From: Basidiobolus meristosporus CBS 931.73
Taxonomy: Eukaryota; Fungi; Basidiobolomycota
DNA: 64,000 nt
Direction: 5' to 3'
NCBI GenBank assembly: GCA_002104905.1
Contig: MCFE01000481.1
Coordinates: 4,284 to 68,283, forward strand
Below are positions 14,753 to 29,000 of this stretch, piece by piece. Both the position numbers and the translations under genes were made by a program. Position 1 is the stretch's first letter. Every line of letters begins with the position of its first letter. The notes beneath the pieces were generated by a model. That model made no database searches. It worked only from the letters and a program-made list of their open reading frames with translations, and was not told the origin of the DNA.

Positions 14753-15381
14753 TGTCCATTGTCGAATCATGCTTCAACTCATTTCCTGCTTGCGCTTGAT
14801 GAAGTTTGCGCGTTATATCTGTATTGAGCAATATCAAACAAGTGGAGCTTTCTGGCATGTAAAAAAGCCAATCCAGCGGTGTCGAATAAGCATCTTTATT
14901 ATATATCAATTCGTAATGTCAGCAGTGTCAGGTAAATATATAGATACCCAGAGCGTTCAGTTCGCAATGGGGATATTTCATGATGCTCTAAGCACCAGAA
15001 AGAGTGGGTATTCCAGACAACTCCACATAATTGGCATAAATCGGAATCGAAGAGATGGAGGGGAGAGTGCGTAGCTATATATATATATATAATTCAACAA
15101 CCATGGGTAAGCCTGGTTAGCTGTACGTGCCCAACAACCATGCATTTTCTGTTCTTGCTGCCAAGTTCTCTGCCCTATATGATACACACATTTCACAGCT
15201 AGTGAATCCACATCCCAATGCCAATCACTCATGTCAACAAGGAATCCAAACAAAATGCTATTTTATTCGCAGTCTGGGTTCCAATTCCATCACGAACTTT
15301 GGTTGATTTTTCTGAGGACGTGCAAAACCAGATATATAGGTGATTGATTCCGCAAGTAAACACCAAGGCTTGCTAGACACA

Positions 15382-18300
15382 ATGAAGCCCCTGGTAAACC
15401 TTCGATGACGCTCAATTCAGCGGAATCCGTTCTCACTTTTCTTTCTAGACAAAGTTCCTCCCTTTGAACGACTCTTCGGACGAATCGGAGGAAGTAGAGA
15501 AAGACACCTTTGAAACACAAGTAGGCCCCTTCTGCTGGCAAGCCCCATTCCAACTTCAAGCTAAAGAGAGTTTGCTGGTTTCTAGATCGAGCAATGCCTG
15601 GAGCTCTATCAAAAGGCGCTGAGGTTTCAGCAGAAGAAGCGGACTCAAGAGGCCAAGCTTTTATATCATCAACTAACCGAATACGAAGTGATAAACAAAC
15701 CGAATAGTACCTCGATCAATGTAAGTTTCGGGAAGAGCTTCCCGCGCCCATTTCAAGTATTTATATCGAGAAGCCGTTGATCCCCACCCTTCTCCACCAG
15801 ACCGAAAAACACTCCGATTCGAAGACCCACACTCGGACACATACCTACACGCAATCCATTCTGCAATTTGCGGTCTACAAAAATTACGCCTCGCTATTGC
15901 GGAGTCTCCAAAGACAGCCCGACGAAACCGATCGTTCGCAGGAGATTCTCCAGTACTATTTCAAAGTATCACCTCCGATCTCTCTCAATGCGTCCCTCCG
16001 AAACTCACCGAGTACTTTCTTAGGCACTTGAAATCGATCCCTCCGACAGCGAGATCTGGCTGCACGTAGGCCAGCTCGCTTTGGACAATCAGAATTCGCG
16101 TTTGGCGCGCCACGCATTTGAGAAAGGAGTAAGTGGAGGGCTGAGTGTGTCAGGTGAGATTAGCCTGGAGTCACTGAGGCCAACCCAATGGCGCTGTCTT
16201 GATGGACTTTGCGAGGTAATATAGTGTGACTGAGGCTTCCAGGATGCGCGCTAACTTCAAGTAGGTCCTGTACGATATTGGGGATTTCATTACTTGCCTG
16301 AGGTACCTGGAGAGAATCCTGAAGGTGTATCCGGACCATGAGCGTGCGCTTGGCCTTCGAAAGGTGGTCATGGATCAAATAGGACGCCGGAGTCTGCTGC
16401 ACAGGTTGCTACAGAGATCCCATGAACTCCTAGGCCTCATGTTACATGCTGACTCGACTTCGCCCATGTAGGGTATCGATCTATGACGACCCATCCACCT
16501 CCCACCTCGATCTCGATGGTGTTCAGGAGACGCAATGGTCCACCGTTGAGCGAAGTCCATACATCTCTGGTAATTCGCCGGTCATTTGGCCGTTGCTGGA
16601 TCGGTATCGACATCTGATCATTACTGACGCCTTACAGATCTTTACAACGAACCATCCTCAGAGCCGGCCAAGTTTACGCTGAAGCAGATGAGTTGGGAGG
16701 CGCTGGGTAAAGTTCTACTCGACATCTACGCCCATGTCCAGCAAGGGTTAGTTCGGTAAACCAGAGATTCTCCGGAAGTATTCACGCTGACCAACCCTTT
16801 CCAAAGGAACGATCCCATGTCCCTTTGTGCATCTACCGATACTGAGTGCAAGATCATCAACCGAAGAATCACGATCGTGTTCTCGGACGAAAGCGACGAG
16901 GAAGAGACCCAGCCCCCCGATGATCCCTCGCATGTGAAGCAAGAGGAGATAGAGGTCGAGATCGTACCAAAGGCCAGCGCGGATGAGCCTTCCGCGGCAG
17001 AGCCAGCGGAGAAGGGGAAAGATGCCCATGCGAAACGAAAACGAGAAAAGGAGGATTGGGACGATTTCGCGGAGAGAAAATCGTCCAGGCTGCGGCAGAA
17101 GTCGGTCACCGCGCAGCCGGAGATCAAGAGGAAGCAGCAGGAGGGGATCATTCTGGAGCAGCTGGAAAAGCTGCTTTCGTTGATCGACTGGCGATTTTCC
17201 GAGTACACGAAGGACGCCCGAAAGGTCGCATCTTACCTCGGCCTGCCCGATGAGAAGGTTACCCGCTTCATGAGCGAGTTTCCCAAGGAGATCCTGAAGA
17301 TCAAGGGTGATCTGACCCCTACTCACGAGCCCACCAAGTAAGCCGACTCGGTGCTCCCTCGTTGTACCTCAGATACTGACATGTCTTCTAGGACCAAGCC
17401 TATCGTGATCGACGTGGATGAGGAGACGGTGGAAGTGCAGGCGGACGCATTCTTCTCCGACGAGGCTCTGCTCGCGAGTTTCATCGAGGAGGAGAACGAG
17501 GCCAACTCAGGGATCATCGATTATTGTTGTCACTTTGTATGCAAGTTGATTCTCGGGGCGGACCGCGACCATCTGGACAAGTTCGTCTGGAAGCACCGAT
17601 GGTCGTCTGGCACGGGCGAGGTTCTCTTCTCGATGATCCGGCAATTGGACACCCACGTATCGGAGATTGGCCGATTCAACTACTTTGAAACGGACGCCAC
17701 CAATGTCAGAGAGAGGTGTCCCGCCATCGAGGTAAGTATGTGCACGCGCGATGCTTGCTTGGCCCATTGCTAACTCGTGAACCAAAGCTGTATCTAACTG
17801 TCTCCGAGCTCTTCATGGACCGAGTTGAGCGGTCAGCCGATGAGGGGCGGTATCGTTCCTCGCTTGACGAGTGGATTGACCGCCTGGAATTCGAACTCAG
17901 CCTGGTCGTCGGCCAGATGAATCTGTCGAAGAGCAGCCTCTCCTCCGACCTATCCAGCTGGCGTTCCAGGACCATGCTGCGATACCTGTGGCTGAAAGGG
18001 AATGTGGCTAACCAGCGGAACGAGGTCAAAGAGGCGATCAAGTACTATCACCAATCCCTGGCGTGGGCCAAGTCGGCACGCACCGTTCTTCTTCCCAATT
18101 GGTAGGCGTGTCTGTAGGCATTCGCGGTTGTTTCCCTACTAACCTTGTCCCCAGCCTCAAGAACAACTCGATCAACTACGCCAACATCTACGCCAAGGTC
18201 CAACACCTAGAGTGGCAGCAGTACGTCATGGAATCCGATCAGATGTTCGCCGAGAGGGATTACCCCGGCGTGATCGAGCGGCTAGGCCCAGTTATCCTGG

Positions 18301-21300
18301 ACGAATACCAAACCGAGGGTTCCGGGAAGACTCGAGCGAGCGCTAGTAGGCGGAAGTCGGTGAAGGAGCTCAAGTTCAAATCCAAGGATGCGCTCAAGAA
18401 TCGCCTCCAGTCGCTCCACATGCTGATGAAAGCATACGAAGCCACCGAGAATCTCGAGAAGGCGTGGCAGTGTGGGGCGTTGATCTTCCAAGAGGGGTTG
18501 ATCACCTTGGTGTGCCGGGGAGACGAGGACGACGACAAGCACTCTCTGGAGATCTTCGGGAACGCCATCAGGACGCTGAACGCCCTGCTCACCCAAGACA
18601 AATATAGCGACTGTCTTCTCGACATGAAGCCGGCCGAGATGGAGAAATTCTTCCCCATGGTCCTGTTTTCCATCCGAATCGCCCTCTGGATCATGGGTAG
18701 GTACGAGGATCCCAACGAGGAGCCTCCCACCGATGGGGACGACGACGCGCTGAAAAGTGTAATAGTCCACTGTTGGGTGCTCTTCTACTACGTTGCTGAC
18801 TGCATCCGACGGAAGAAGTCGGTGGCCAAGAAGCAAACCAAGAGGACAGGCAGGGCCTCCCAGCGCCGCAAGACGAAGAAAGCCGACTCCGAGGGAATCG
18901 AGGATGAGGACATGGCCGACTTCTTATCCTTCGTCCACGAGGAGCTCGGCGCCTGTCGCCTTTGCGGTAGCGGAGAAGGGGTGTTCCTTGAGCTGTGCTT
19001 GAGGGTATTCTCCTCCATGCCGGGCTCTAGTTATCACGAGGAAGAGAGCCAATGCTACTACTGTTTGTACAAGATCCGGAGCGGGGTACGTAGTCCGCAT
19101 GCACTGGGCGTGCGCGGATGTTGGTCTAATCCATGTGTTGTAGGTCGAAACGGAGTATCTACTGAACGATCACAACTGTCTGCCCACTGAGCTTGATCGC
19201 AAGGGAGCCGGCCGGGTGTATAAACTCATCTCGACATACGTGGCCGACAAAACCCATCGGGGTGCTCAGGTCAAGCCGGACATGAAGACCACGTTGGATA
19301 GAGTGTGCGAATTCTTCTCGAACAGTCCGATCATCCAGAATGACGGTGAGTATTCACATGTTCTCCACGACCTTGAGATTGCCTCTTACTGACCTCGTCC
19401 ACCTGCAGCATACATCGCCCTGAACAACGACCTGCTAAACCATCACTTCGCTGCGAACATCAACTTCGTGCAGGCCATCGATTTCTCCCCATATTCCTCC
19501 ATGCCCGCCCTAGTCCAGCCCACCATCGCGCGCGATGAGCAATACGGTACGTGTGGCTGATAGGCTTTGTGGAGGTATTTTCTGACATTTACCAGGGTTG
19601 CTGGAGAGCCTGTTCTTCCAGCAGGGCAAAGTACAGCATCTGCAGGTGAGATCCAAATCCAAGGTGTTGCAGGCCAAGCCTATTGAAGATTGGCAGCTCC
19701 CGATCCAGTGCTTTCTGGTAGGTCGTTTCTCCCACGCCAGTGGTCCCTAGCACCGCAGCTCACCCCCGTGCCCCATTGTAGCGGGACATCTCCATCAATC
19801 CCACCAAGATCGAGGCGTGGTTCATGTTGGCCCTGAGCTACACGGAGTTGGCGAACGACCAGCTCATGCTGAACGCGACCGAGTTGAAGCTGCTCCGACC
19901 GCAGATCGTGGAGAACCAGAAGGTAAGTGAGACCACGTTGGCCTCCACGACCCAGGATAACCAACCGTCGCTGTTTCCAGAGGGGCTTCCTGTCATTCTC
20001 AAACGCCGTGAAGATGCATCAGAAGACGGTGGCAAACTCCGGGCCCAGATACTCGGACATCGGGAAAGTGTGGTCCGCGTTCGGCTTCCACGCCTACTCC
20101 ATGACGGTCGCTCCGATGAACTGCGAAGCTTTCAAGAGCGCCCCGGTGCAGATCGTGGTGGATGTCGAGGATGAAATGGAGCCCACCAACCTGACCAGCG
20201 AGCCAGCGTTGAACCAGCTTTTCAAATTCATGACCTGCTGCTTTCTGCAAGCGATGCGATTCGACCCGGCGGATTGGAGGTAGAACGGTGCCCGATCGCT
20301 GGTGCGGAGTCCTCTTCTAACCTCCCTTGTCCCTAGGTACCCCTACATGATCGGCAAATGCTGCGAGAAGCTTCGACGCAAACCCGAGGTAACGCTGAAC
20401 CCACCAGCCGGCCATCGACCATTCGCTAACCAAGACATAGGAAATCGTCCGCTATTACTCCATCGCCCAGAGGCTCCTTCCGAAACGCTCCGGGAAAGAC
20501 GGCCAGGAGAAGATCTTCGAGCCCAGGTATAAAGCGATCGCCTACATCGCCAAGGCATTCAAGAACAACCAAATCGAGGTAAGTCGCTCATTCTGGAAAT
20601 GCATGGCCGGGCCATTCACCAACCTTTGCTCCCCGCCCCTAGCCTGCCCAAACCGAACATCTCCTTGGCATGGTCCCCTGCGAGAACGAGAAGACCGCTG
20701 AGGAGCCAGCCACCGAAGCCGGCGGGCCCAGTGACGCGGAGAACGAGGGGCTAGTCTCCGGGGCGATCAGAAAGTTGAACTCCGAGTTAGGCAAGATCCG
20801 GGCGATGGATAAGAGGAAATGGCAGCACAGGCCTATCTACCGAGTCGGTATCAGTCATGCACATCTCCCTGCTCACCACCATACTAATCCAAAGTTGGTC
20901 CCCACAGCAAGCGTGGATCTTCTACCATTTCTACCGAGATCTCAACCGGGCGAAGGCGGAGATGCTCGCCTTGTTCAACATCAAGTCCTCCAGCAAACCG
21001 TTGGCGAACTTCTTCAAGACCGAGTTCGAAAGGTACCCGGGGGTTTGCTCCGACCACCACGTCTCGCCCTGTCCACTAACCGGTTACCATGTAGACCCGG
21101 GAAGCACTTCGCTTACATCCATGGCTACCTAGTCTTCTTCATGAGGATTCTGAACGAGACTCAAGACGTGGAGAACCTTCGTTTGCTCTACCAGAAGCTG
21201 AAGAAGTCCGAGAATGCTGTTCTGGAGCACGAGGGCTTGCTCAAGCTTTCCTTGAAATCCTACCTTGAGGTAAGTAAAGCGTACCCTCCCCTTCCCCTTC

Positions 21301-21876
21301 CCGTCACTGATGGCCTCACCATCTCACTCCAGGGGTTGCAAAGTCGATTGCAGCTAACTTCGGGATATTCCCTGGAGAAGATGCCCAAGGGGGAGTTCGA
21401 AAGGCGAGCCCGGACCATGGAGGCCTGGGTCCAGGAGAAATCGGCCAAGCCTGAGGCGTTCTGTGTCCTCCAGCATCTTTGCGAGTTGAAAAGGTGTCGG
21501 GATCCGATCCCGGAGGGGTTCAACCTCAACTTGATGATCACCCAGACCTACTTCACCCTTCTCCACGAGTGCCCGGATCCCACCACCTCCCCTTCGAGCC
21601 CGACCGAGCCCTCCGACGAATCCCTGGTCCCGGAGAAAGAGGTTATCCAACGCGCGCATCAGTTGATGCGCTCCAGTGGTTCCAAGGTAGTCACTTCCCC
21701 CTCGGTATGAATCCCGGCCTCAACCTTTACTAACCACCCCCACCCCCACTCCCTCCTACTCGTGCCACTCCTTGCAGGAACACACCGACTCCCCGCCACC
21801 TGACCCGTCCGGCAAACCGGCCCCGGAGCCTGCCATCCTTAACGGTGGGGAGGCCAGCATGTCCGAGCCCAATTAA
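15382..21876 (+). CDS. HIR3: Hir3/Cabin1-like TPR subunit of the HIR histone chaperone complex, many exons
   Basis: Spliced N-terminus MKPL|TKFLPLNDSSDESEEVEKDTFETQ|IEQCLELYQKALRFQ resembles Cabin1/Hir3 starts; LQFAVYKNYASLL, IDPSDSEIWLHVGQLAL...RLARHAFEKG, DISINPTKIEAWFMLALSY; ORF pieces joined by short GT-AG introns; stop TAA at 21874-21876. Confidence 0.8.
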
Positions 21877-22329
21877 GTGGCCTTCGTGGAGCTCGGATGG
21901 GTGCCGAATGTCCGAAATCTTGCTCTGTTGTACATATGCCGGCCACTCCAAATCCCACCCAAGCCCATTCCTTTCTGTACCTATCTACACCATAACCCCA
22001 ATCCCCCGTGATCACTAATTAAACGTCCGCTCTCCCTGACAAGTAGTCCTTAAATCAGGCTCTCCATCCAACAACCAGCATGACCCCAGCTGTCAGCAGG
22101 ACAAGAGGGCGGGGGGGGAGGCTCTAGAAAGTGTGCTTCCTCATCCCCAATGGATTTATTTCAAGTCTTGAATGTATTTGGATGTATGGGTTTGCCATGC
22201 CTGATGGGGCCATTCAAAGCCCGTAAAATCCCCAAGCAATTTAAAGCACTGGTGGGGAATACAGCAGGCCTGAAAATCAAGTGGGTCTAAGGAGGTGTGG
22301 TGATGAATGTACACCAATGCACATGATCA

Positions 22330-23761
22330 GCATGATACCAGCAACTTGACCTGTCTTCCTATCTCCGCACACATCTACTCCATGGGAAACCCCCAAAAGT
22401 TGACATTGAGCTACTTGAGTTCCTTCTTTGCAGCAAAGATACTGCATTCTCTACCTGGGATATTGATTGCTCTACACATATCATCTGCTCATCCTGTCTC
22501 TGGACAACTTCTTGATTTCTCTGGGCCATTGCATGTATTCTATTAGCCACTGCTTCTAATTGCCTCATTAATGCTTTGGTATGAGCTGACAACATACTTG
22601 CTAATACTGGTGGTGGTGATGTTATGGTGGTCATCTTCTGGTCTTGCACTGGAGATACTGCTTAAGCTTTGTAGGCAGCTTGCAGCTCCGCAGAGATTCT
22701 CAATTGCCTACTTGACTTGGAGTCTTAAGAGTCTGCATTAATACCTTCAGTGAGCTCACTGTCAACATGGCCATTTTTGATGTAGCCCTGCTTGTTCTAT
22801 TGAATGTCAAAGCAAGCTGTTGTCCAACTGTTCTTCTGCTGCTTCAGCAGTGCAGTTTAGTTTGGAACCAGACAACTTTACTTTATTTTTTGGCAGCATA
22901 TGTATGGAAGTGAGTCAAACCATAGGGGAAATAGTGTTACATATATATGTATATGGTGCCACAGCTTTATTTACAATGCTTACTCTGGTGGGTTGTCTTT
23001 GAATCTTACATTCATGAAGGTGCAATGTCTCAAACACAAGCCATAGGGGAAGTAGTGTTACATATGTGTGTATTCCAGGATGTAAATTACCATGTACTTG
23101 GTATAGATGAACAGCTGTCATGCAGCTTACAACATATGTTCCAGAGACTGTCCTGATGCCAGCATGTGTGAGCAGTTGCATGGCATTAATATCAAAGAAT
23201 GCACCATTGCAAAGTGACCAACTTGCAAGGAATCCACTCCCACAGAGGGAAAATCATTTGTTCTCCAGATATATTCCAGTAATACCCCATATAAAGAAGC
23301 TCATACAGTCCCCAAATATTGCAAAGCTTTAAAGTACTGCACACAGCATCAGTCAAGAGCAAATATTTTCAATATATTTGATAGCAAACATCACAAACAA
23401 CTTTGGAGTAAGAGCTAATCTGAAGGTATGCATGACCATGCCATTGCCTTGGCTCTTAACAGAATCTCATCAAATAAGTATTCTACTAGCAAATCTGGCT
23501 GGCTGCTGATTCTCATCACTCTGAATCTGCTATCAATCTCACAGTATCTGATGGTAGTCTCACTGATATCTGGGCCTAAATCTCTGTCCAGCCTGAATAG
23601 TAACCTGTATCCATTGCTGGATGAAACTTATATGATATTCAGCAGGATACTAGAATATGGCAGCTATATCAAAGTGCACATGCTATCCGCATTGGAGAAA
23701 CTCCAGCCATTAGCCATATAGCTGGCATTTCAAGGCATAGCAGATGATAGTGCTGCCAAAT
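22330..23761 (+). pseudogene. Scrambled CACTA-type element fragments (second-ORF piece on minus, transposase N-terminal half on plus)
   Basis: Similar to 55.7-57.9 kb and 44.2-45.7 kb; remnants YIPVIPH, IFDSKHHKQL, WLLILITLNL, LYPLLDE; many stops. Confidence 0.7.
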
Positions 23762-25345
23762 CCCTATGAAAAATAATTTGGTCCTGCAGGTGGATCCAAT
23801 CCAGATCTGCCATCAGGATCCTGTTAAGAGACCATCACAATATCAGCAGCTTGGAATTAGTGACCCTCTTAGCAATCTTATGATGGGATCACAATGGCAC
23901 TTTGCTAATTTTACTACCAAATAAAGTGATAAAACTTGACAAGATTTGATTGGTGCTGTGACAAAAATTGCATGGTATTGTTGCGGTCTTATTGCGCTCT
24001 ACAACCATTTTAAATGGATCTAACCAGCCAGGACATCCAATTGCCTTATATGTCAAGAAACTTGACGGTATTTCAACAGCCTCACAGCAAGACTCTGATG
24101 GCATTATTTTGGCAGTATGGCGGCCTACAGCTGGTTCTGTATAATGCTACCATACCAATTTATCAAATGGTTTTCCTTTTTCTACCTCCCCTTGTGCAAT
24201 TCATATATTCTACTGTAGAATCACCCCTCTTTATTTGCTTACCCACTACCACCTTGGGTATTCCACATATAGTTCCAGTCAAAAAAAACTATGGCCTTGT
24301 GCTTACTAACCTCTACAAACATGCACACCTGCCGCAATTGACATACTTCTATCACCTCAACTTTATGGCTTTTTAGTGTGATACTTGCAAAGTTGCCATA
24401 TACTGCGCACTGCTGGAAACATATACATCTTGCAAACATATGCTTGGTTGTTGCCACTTTTGCTATGACCTGTCCTCCATGTGCCAACTCATCACATACA
24501 TGATGGACTTGAAGTTAATATTCTTGATAAGACTGGGATATAGTAGTACCTTCAACTTGACTTGTTTTCCTATCTCTGCACTCATTCACACCATAGGAAA
24601 CCCCCAAAAGGTGAAGCAAGGCCAAAAATTCTCTACACACTGTGCAAGATGGAGTAGACAATGGATGCAGTAGTGGCAGAGATATATGTGCTCAGCTTTA
24701 TGTTTGTAGTATAGCCGCTCATATCCCATCACAAACTCCGCGCACAACAGCTGTAGATGCATCAAGTTGGCATTTGTGATCCACTTCTGGATAAATATTC
24801 CTACAATGTCCACATATGGCTCTCTATGCTTCCAATGTACTCTTGGTAGGAATGGCTTCAGAATGCCACTTGAATCAATACATATCCAGGTTATCCAGTC
24901 TTTGCATTTGTATTGTTGCATATGCATATGAATATTGATTGGAGCCCATGAGAAGTACTTAGGGTAGCAGATACTCTGTAATATCTTGCCAATTCTTTCA
25001 AATTTCTCCAGTATCTCAAAGGGCTCATTTAGCTTGAAATGCCCCATGTACAACTTGGTCATCAATATAGGTATATTGTTGAACAGCAAATGCATTGCTC
25101 CCAGTGAAAAGCTTTGGCTCCAACAGATACCCTCTTTCTTAAGTATCTCCGGTTTCCAATTGATTCCATATTCAGGCCTATGGCCTATAGCTTGCCAACT
25201 TTGCTGCAATTGCATGCTGACTTCTGTACATTCTCTCTGCAAAAAGATGATGTTCATAGTGCTGGTGTATGGGTCATAATAATATGTGTGAGTTATTGAG
25301 TAAATCCCCTGGATCTCACACATTCAACAGCAATACCATCCATTG

Positions 25346-25729
25346 TGTGAGTACTCAATGTAGTACCCACTCTTCGCCCAAGAGTTCTCCCAAGAGTTCC
25401 CTCCAGAGTCCTACCCGAAGTCCTCCAGTACCCTCCCTATGATTCCCCACGCGTCCTCCCCTCCTATCCCTGCCCTTATCTAGTTAGAACACTTACCATA
25501 ACAGGAAGGTGTTCACACCCCTATTTTATAACACATTGTCTATTGTCTAAGCCCCCAAGTGATATATATATCTACCCAATTGAACCAGGAAGAACAACAA
25601 GATTTGGACGAAATAAACAGAAGTCTTTATTACCTTGCTACCTTCTATCGGAAGCTATTCTGAACCAAGTGGTACTGACTTGACCTACAAGCTCTCCCAC
25701 TCACCAAGTACAGTCAGTAATAACCCACA
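25346..25729. mobile_element. Solo LTR (384 bp)
   Basis: TGTG...CACA ends; 5-bp TSD CATTG at 25341-25345 and 25730-25734; interrupts transposase sequence that is continuous in other copies (about 58.0 kb). Confidence 0.85.
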
Positions 25730-26055
25730 CATTGTGCCTGGAAAAGCCTGCTATCTTGCTGATGGCTGGGGTATCTCCAATGCAGTTAATTACATGTGCT
25801 TTTACATGATAGCCATTTACTGTTATCCCATTAGAAAGCATACAAAACTCATCCTGTAATGGATACAGGTAGCATCCAGGTTGGACAGTAATTTAGACCC
25901 AGATACCAGTGAGACTACCATCAGATTATTGCTCTGATACCATGAGAGGAGCAGCAGATTCAGATTGATGAGAAACAGTGGCCAGCAGGATTTGCTGGTA
26001 GAGTGCTAGTTTAACAAGAATTCATCATGTGCTAAGGCAAAGGCATGGTCATATA

Positions 26056-29000
26056 TGTTGTAAGAGGCTTGGAGATATTGGAAGTGATTTGGGAGAGCAA
26101 GTCAATTATGTTGTAAGAGTCTTGGAGATATTGGAAGTGATTGGGAGAACAAGTAGATTATGTGGTTTTCACTTGATGATTTATTGAATATAAAAGTAGT
26201 ATTTATACTTTTACATGGTCTTGGCATTACAAACACATAAAATAGGCTAAGGAAGGTCCCAAAAACATGTGTGCAAAGCTTGGGGCTGTTTGGACAACTT
26301 TCAGAATTTTCATGTTCTTGGTACCTGGTATTTTGGTGAAAATATATTAAGTAATCCCAACAAGAAATTTGGTCAGTATTCTCCAGAATTTGAAGGTAAT
26401 GATCTAAGTGACTAAGTTAGGTGAGTATTTAGGTGGAATTCTGAATTTTTACAACACTTCCACTCAGCTAAATGCTCATACTGACTAGTCCTAATTTTGA
26501 CCTAAGATATTCAAACTTGTCTCTAGCTAATGGTTTGGTAAATATGTCTCCAATCATTTCATCTGTAGAACAATAAACTAAGCTAAGTTATTTTCTATAG
26601 CTTCACATATGAAATGATGTCTAATATCTATGTGCTTAGCTCTAGCATGAAAAGTTGGATTTCTATGTAATTGTATACATCTTTGATTATCTGGAAATAA
26701 AGTAATAGGCATTTTTTGACATAGGCCTAAATCTGTAAATGCTTTCTTAACCGCATTGCTTCTTTTGTAGCTTCACAGGCTGCCATGTACTCTGCCTATG
26801 TGGTACAAAGTGCTACAGCTGGTTGCTTTCTTGAATTCCATGAAATTGCTCCTTTACAGTAAAGAAAGGTGTATCCTGTAGTTGTTCTTCTGTCTTCTAA
26901 GCTTTGTTGCCAATCAGTATCAGAGTATCCCCCAAGATCCTGTTCTGAATCCTTATATGTGTATCTTAAGCAGATATTAGCAGTTCCCTTTAGATCTCTA
27001 AAAATCTGCTTAACTGCTGCATTATGATCAGATCCATAGTTCTGATTATGCTGGCTGACAACTCCCGCTGAATATGAGATATCTGGATGTGTTCCAAGCA
27101 TAGTATACATTAGACTGCCAACCTTGGACTGATAAGGAAGGTCAGGGCTTTCAGATGGCACCAAGCTCTCTTGATTTGGCTGAGTTTTGACCAAGTTAAG
27201 GTTTGTTTCCATTGGGGTAGCTGCCGGCTTACAGTCTTCCATTTTGTACTTCTTTAGTATATCTTGAATATACTAGGATTGGCTTAGAGTAACAGTCTGG
27301 GTACTTGTGTCTATAGAGAACTTGATCACTAAGTAGTAACTAAGCTCTCCTAGATTGGACATTTTGAACTCCTTAGATAGGCTGGACTTAGCTACTTCCA
27401 ACATTTCTAGTTTATTGGCAGCTACAGTAAATCATCCACATATAGAGCTAATAGAACTGGATTTGCTCTATCTGGCATATAGTATATACTATAGTCAGCT
27501 TTACTCCTTTTGAAACTCAAAGATTCTAAATAAGAATCTATCTTGCAATTCCAGGCTCTTGGTGATTGTGTAAGACCATATAGAGACTTTTTAAGCTTGC
27601 AGACCAAATGGGGGTTATCTTGGTCCACAAACCCATCTGGCTGGTCCATGTACACATCCTCATCAACTTATCCATTCAAAAATGCAGCTTTTTCATCCAT
27701 TTGATGAAAAAAAACTTATATTTGGCTGCAATAACCAATATTAATTTGATGAAATTAAACTTGGCTACTGGTGCAAAGGTCTCAGTATAGTCTAGTCCTT
27801 TTATTTGAGAGTATCCTTTGTCCACAAGTCTTGCTTTGTATCTTTCTATTATACCATCAGCCTTGCATTTTGTCTTGAAGACCCCTCTGCATCCAATAGA
27901 TTTTTAGTTGATTGGTAATTTGACTAAGTCCCAAGTTTGATTTTCCATCAGGGCCTGATATTCCTCAGTCATTGCAGATCTCCAAAACTTTGTCTGAGGG
28001 CTACTTAGGGCCTCTATTACAGTCTGGGGCTCATTAATATGGACTGAATAGGCATAGGCTAAGTTTGTACCCTCATTGATATAGTAATTAGGCTATTTCT
28101 TGTCTGATTGGACCTCCTGGCATTTGATGATGGAATGATCACTTCTGGGATATTCCAGGGCACTGATTCTGGCTGAACCACAGTTGCAGAGTCCTCTGGA
28201 GTGAAAAAATTTTCATTGTTTTGCTCTGATTCAATCCTGATAATTGGCAGACTTGAGATCAGATTTTGTCACTATTGGATGTCATATTTTGTGAAAATTT
28301 TAATTTTTCATCCAACAACACATCTCTGGACTGATTAGCTTCTTTGCTTTATGTTGCAGAATTTGTATGCTTTACTTTCATTGCAGTAACCCAAAAATAT
28401 GCATTTTAGACTTTTTGGTACAAATTTTGACTGATTTCTGAGCAGTTTCTTAGCCAATGCTGTACACCCAAATATTCTTAGATGTTCTGCACTTGGTCTG
28501 TACCCATATCATGCTTCAAGTGGTGTTGAATCACAAAGTATTCTGTGTTAACTCCTATTTTAAGGTATACTGCAGTGGCAACTGATTCTGCCCAAAAATC
28601 ATAGGATAATTTTTGATCATGGATCATAGATCTTGCCATATCTGTTATTGCTCTGTTAGCACATTATGCTACTCCATTTTGCTGTGGGGAGTATGGTACA
28701 GTAGTCTCTTGCTTTATCCCAAGAATTTTGCAGAAGTGGATGAAGAGTCTTGAGGTATATTCTCCACTATTGTCAGAGTGTATTTTCTTGATTTTTTCAC
28801 CTGTTTCTCTCTCCACCATGACTTTGAGCTCCCTGAACTTAGACAGAGCTCCCACCTTTCTCTCCATGAAGTAATCCTACATGTATCTTGTATAATCATC
28901 AACAAAAGTGATTAGATACTTCATCCCGCCTAAGGATAAATTTGCATAGGTCCACAGACATCTGAGTGAATTAGTTCTAACTTTTTCTTAGTTTTGATCA

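Noticed and set aside
14769-15559. ORFs 14769..15074 (+), 14978..15253 (-) and 15290..15559 (-)
   Set aside because: No motifs; the last overlaps the first HIR3 exons on the opposite strand.
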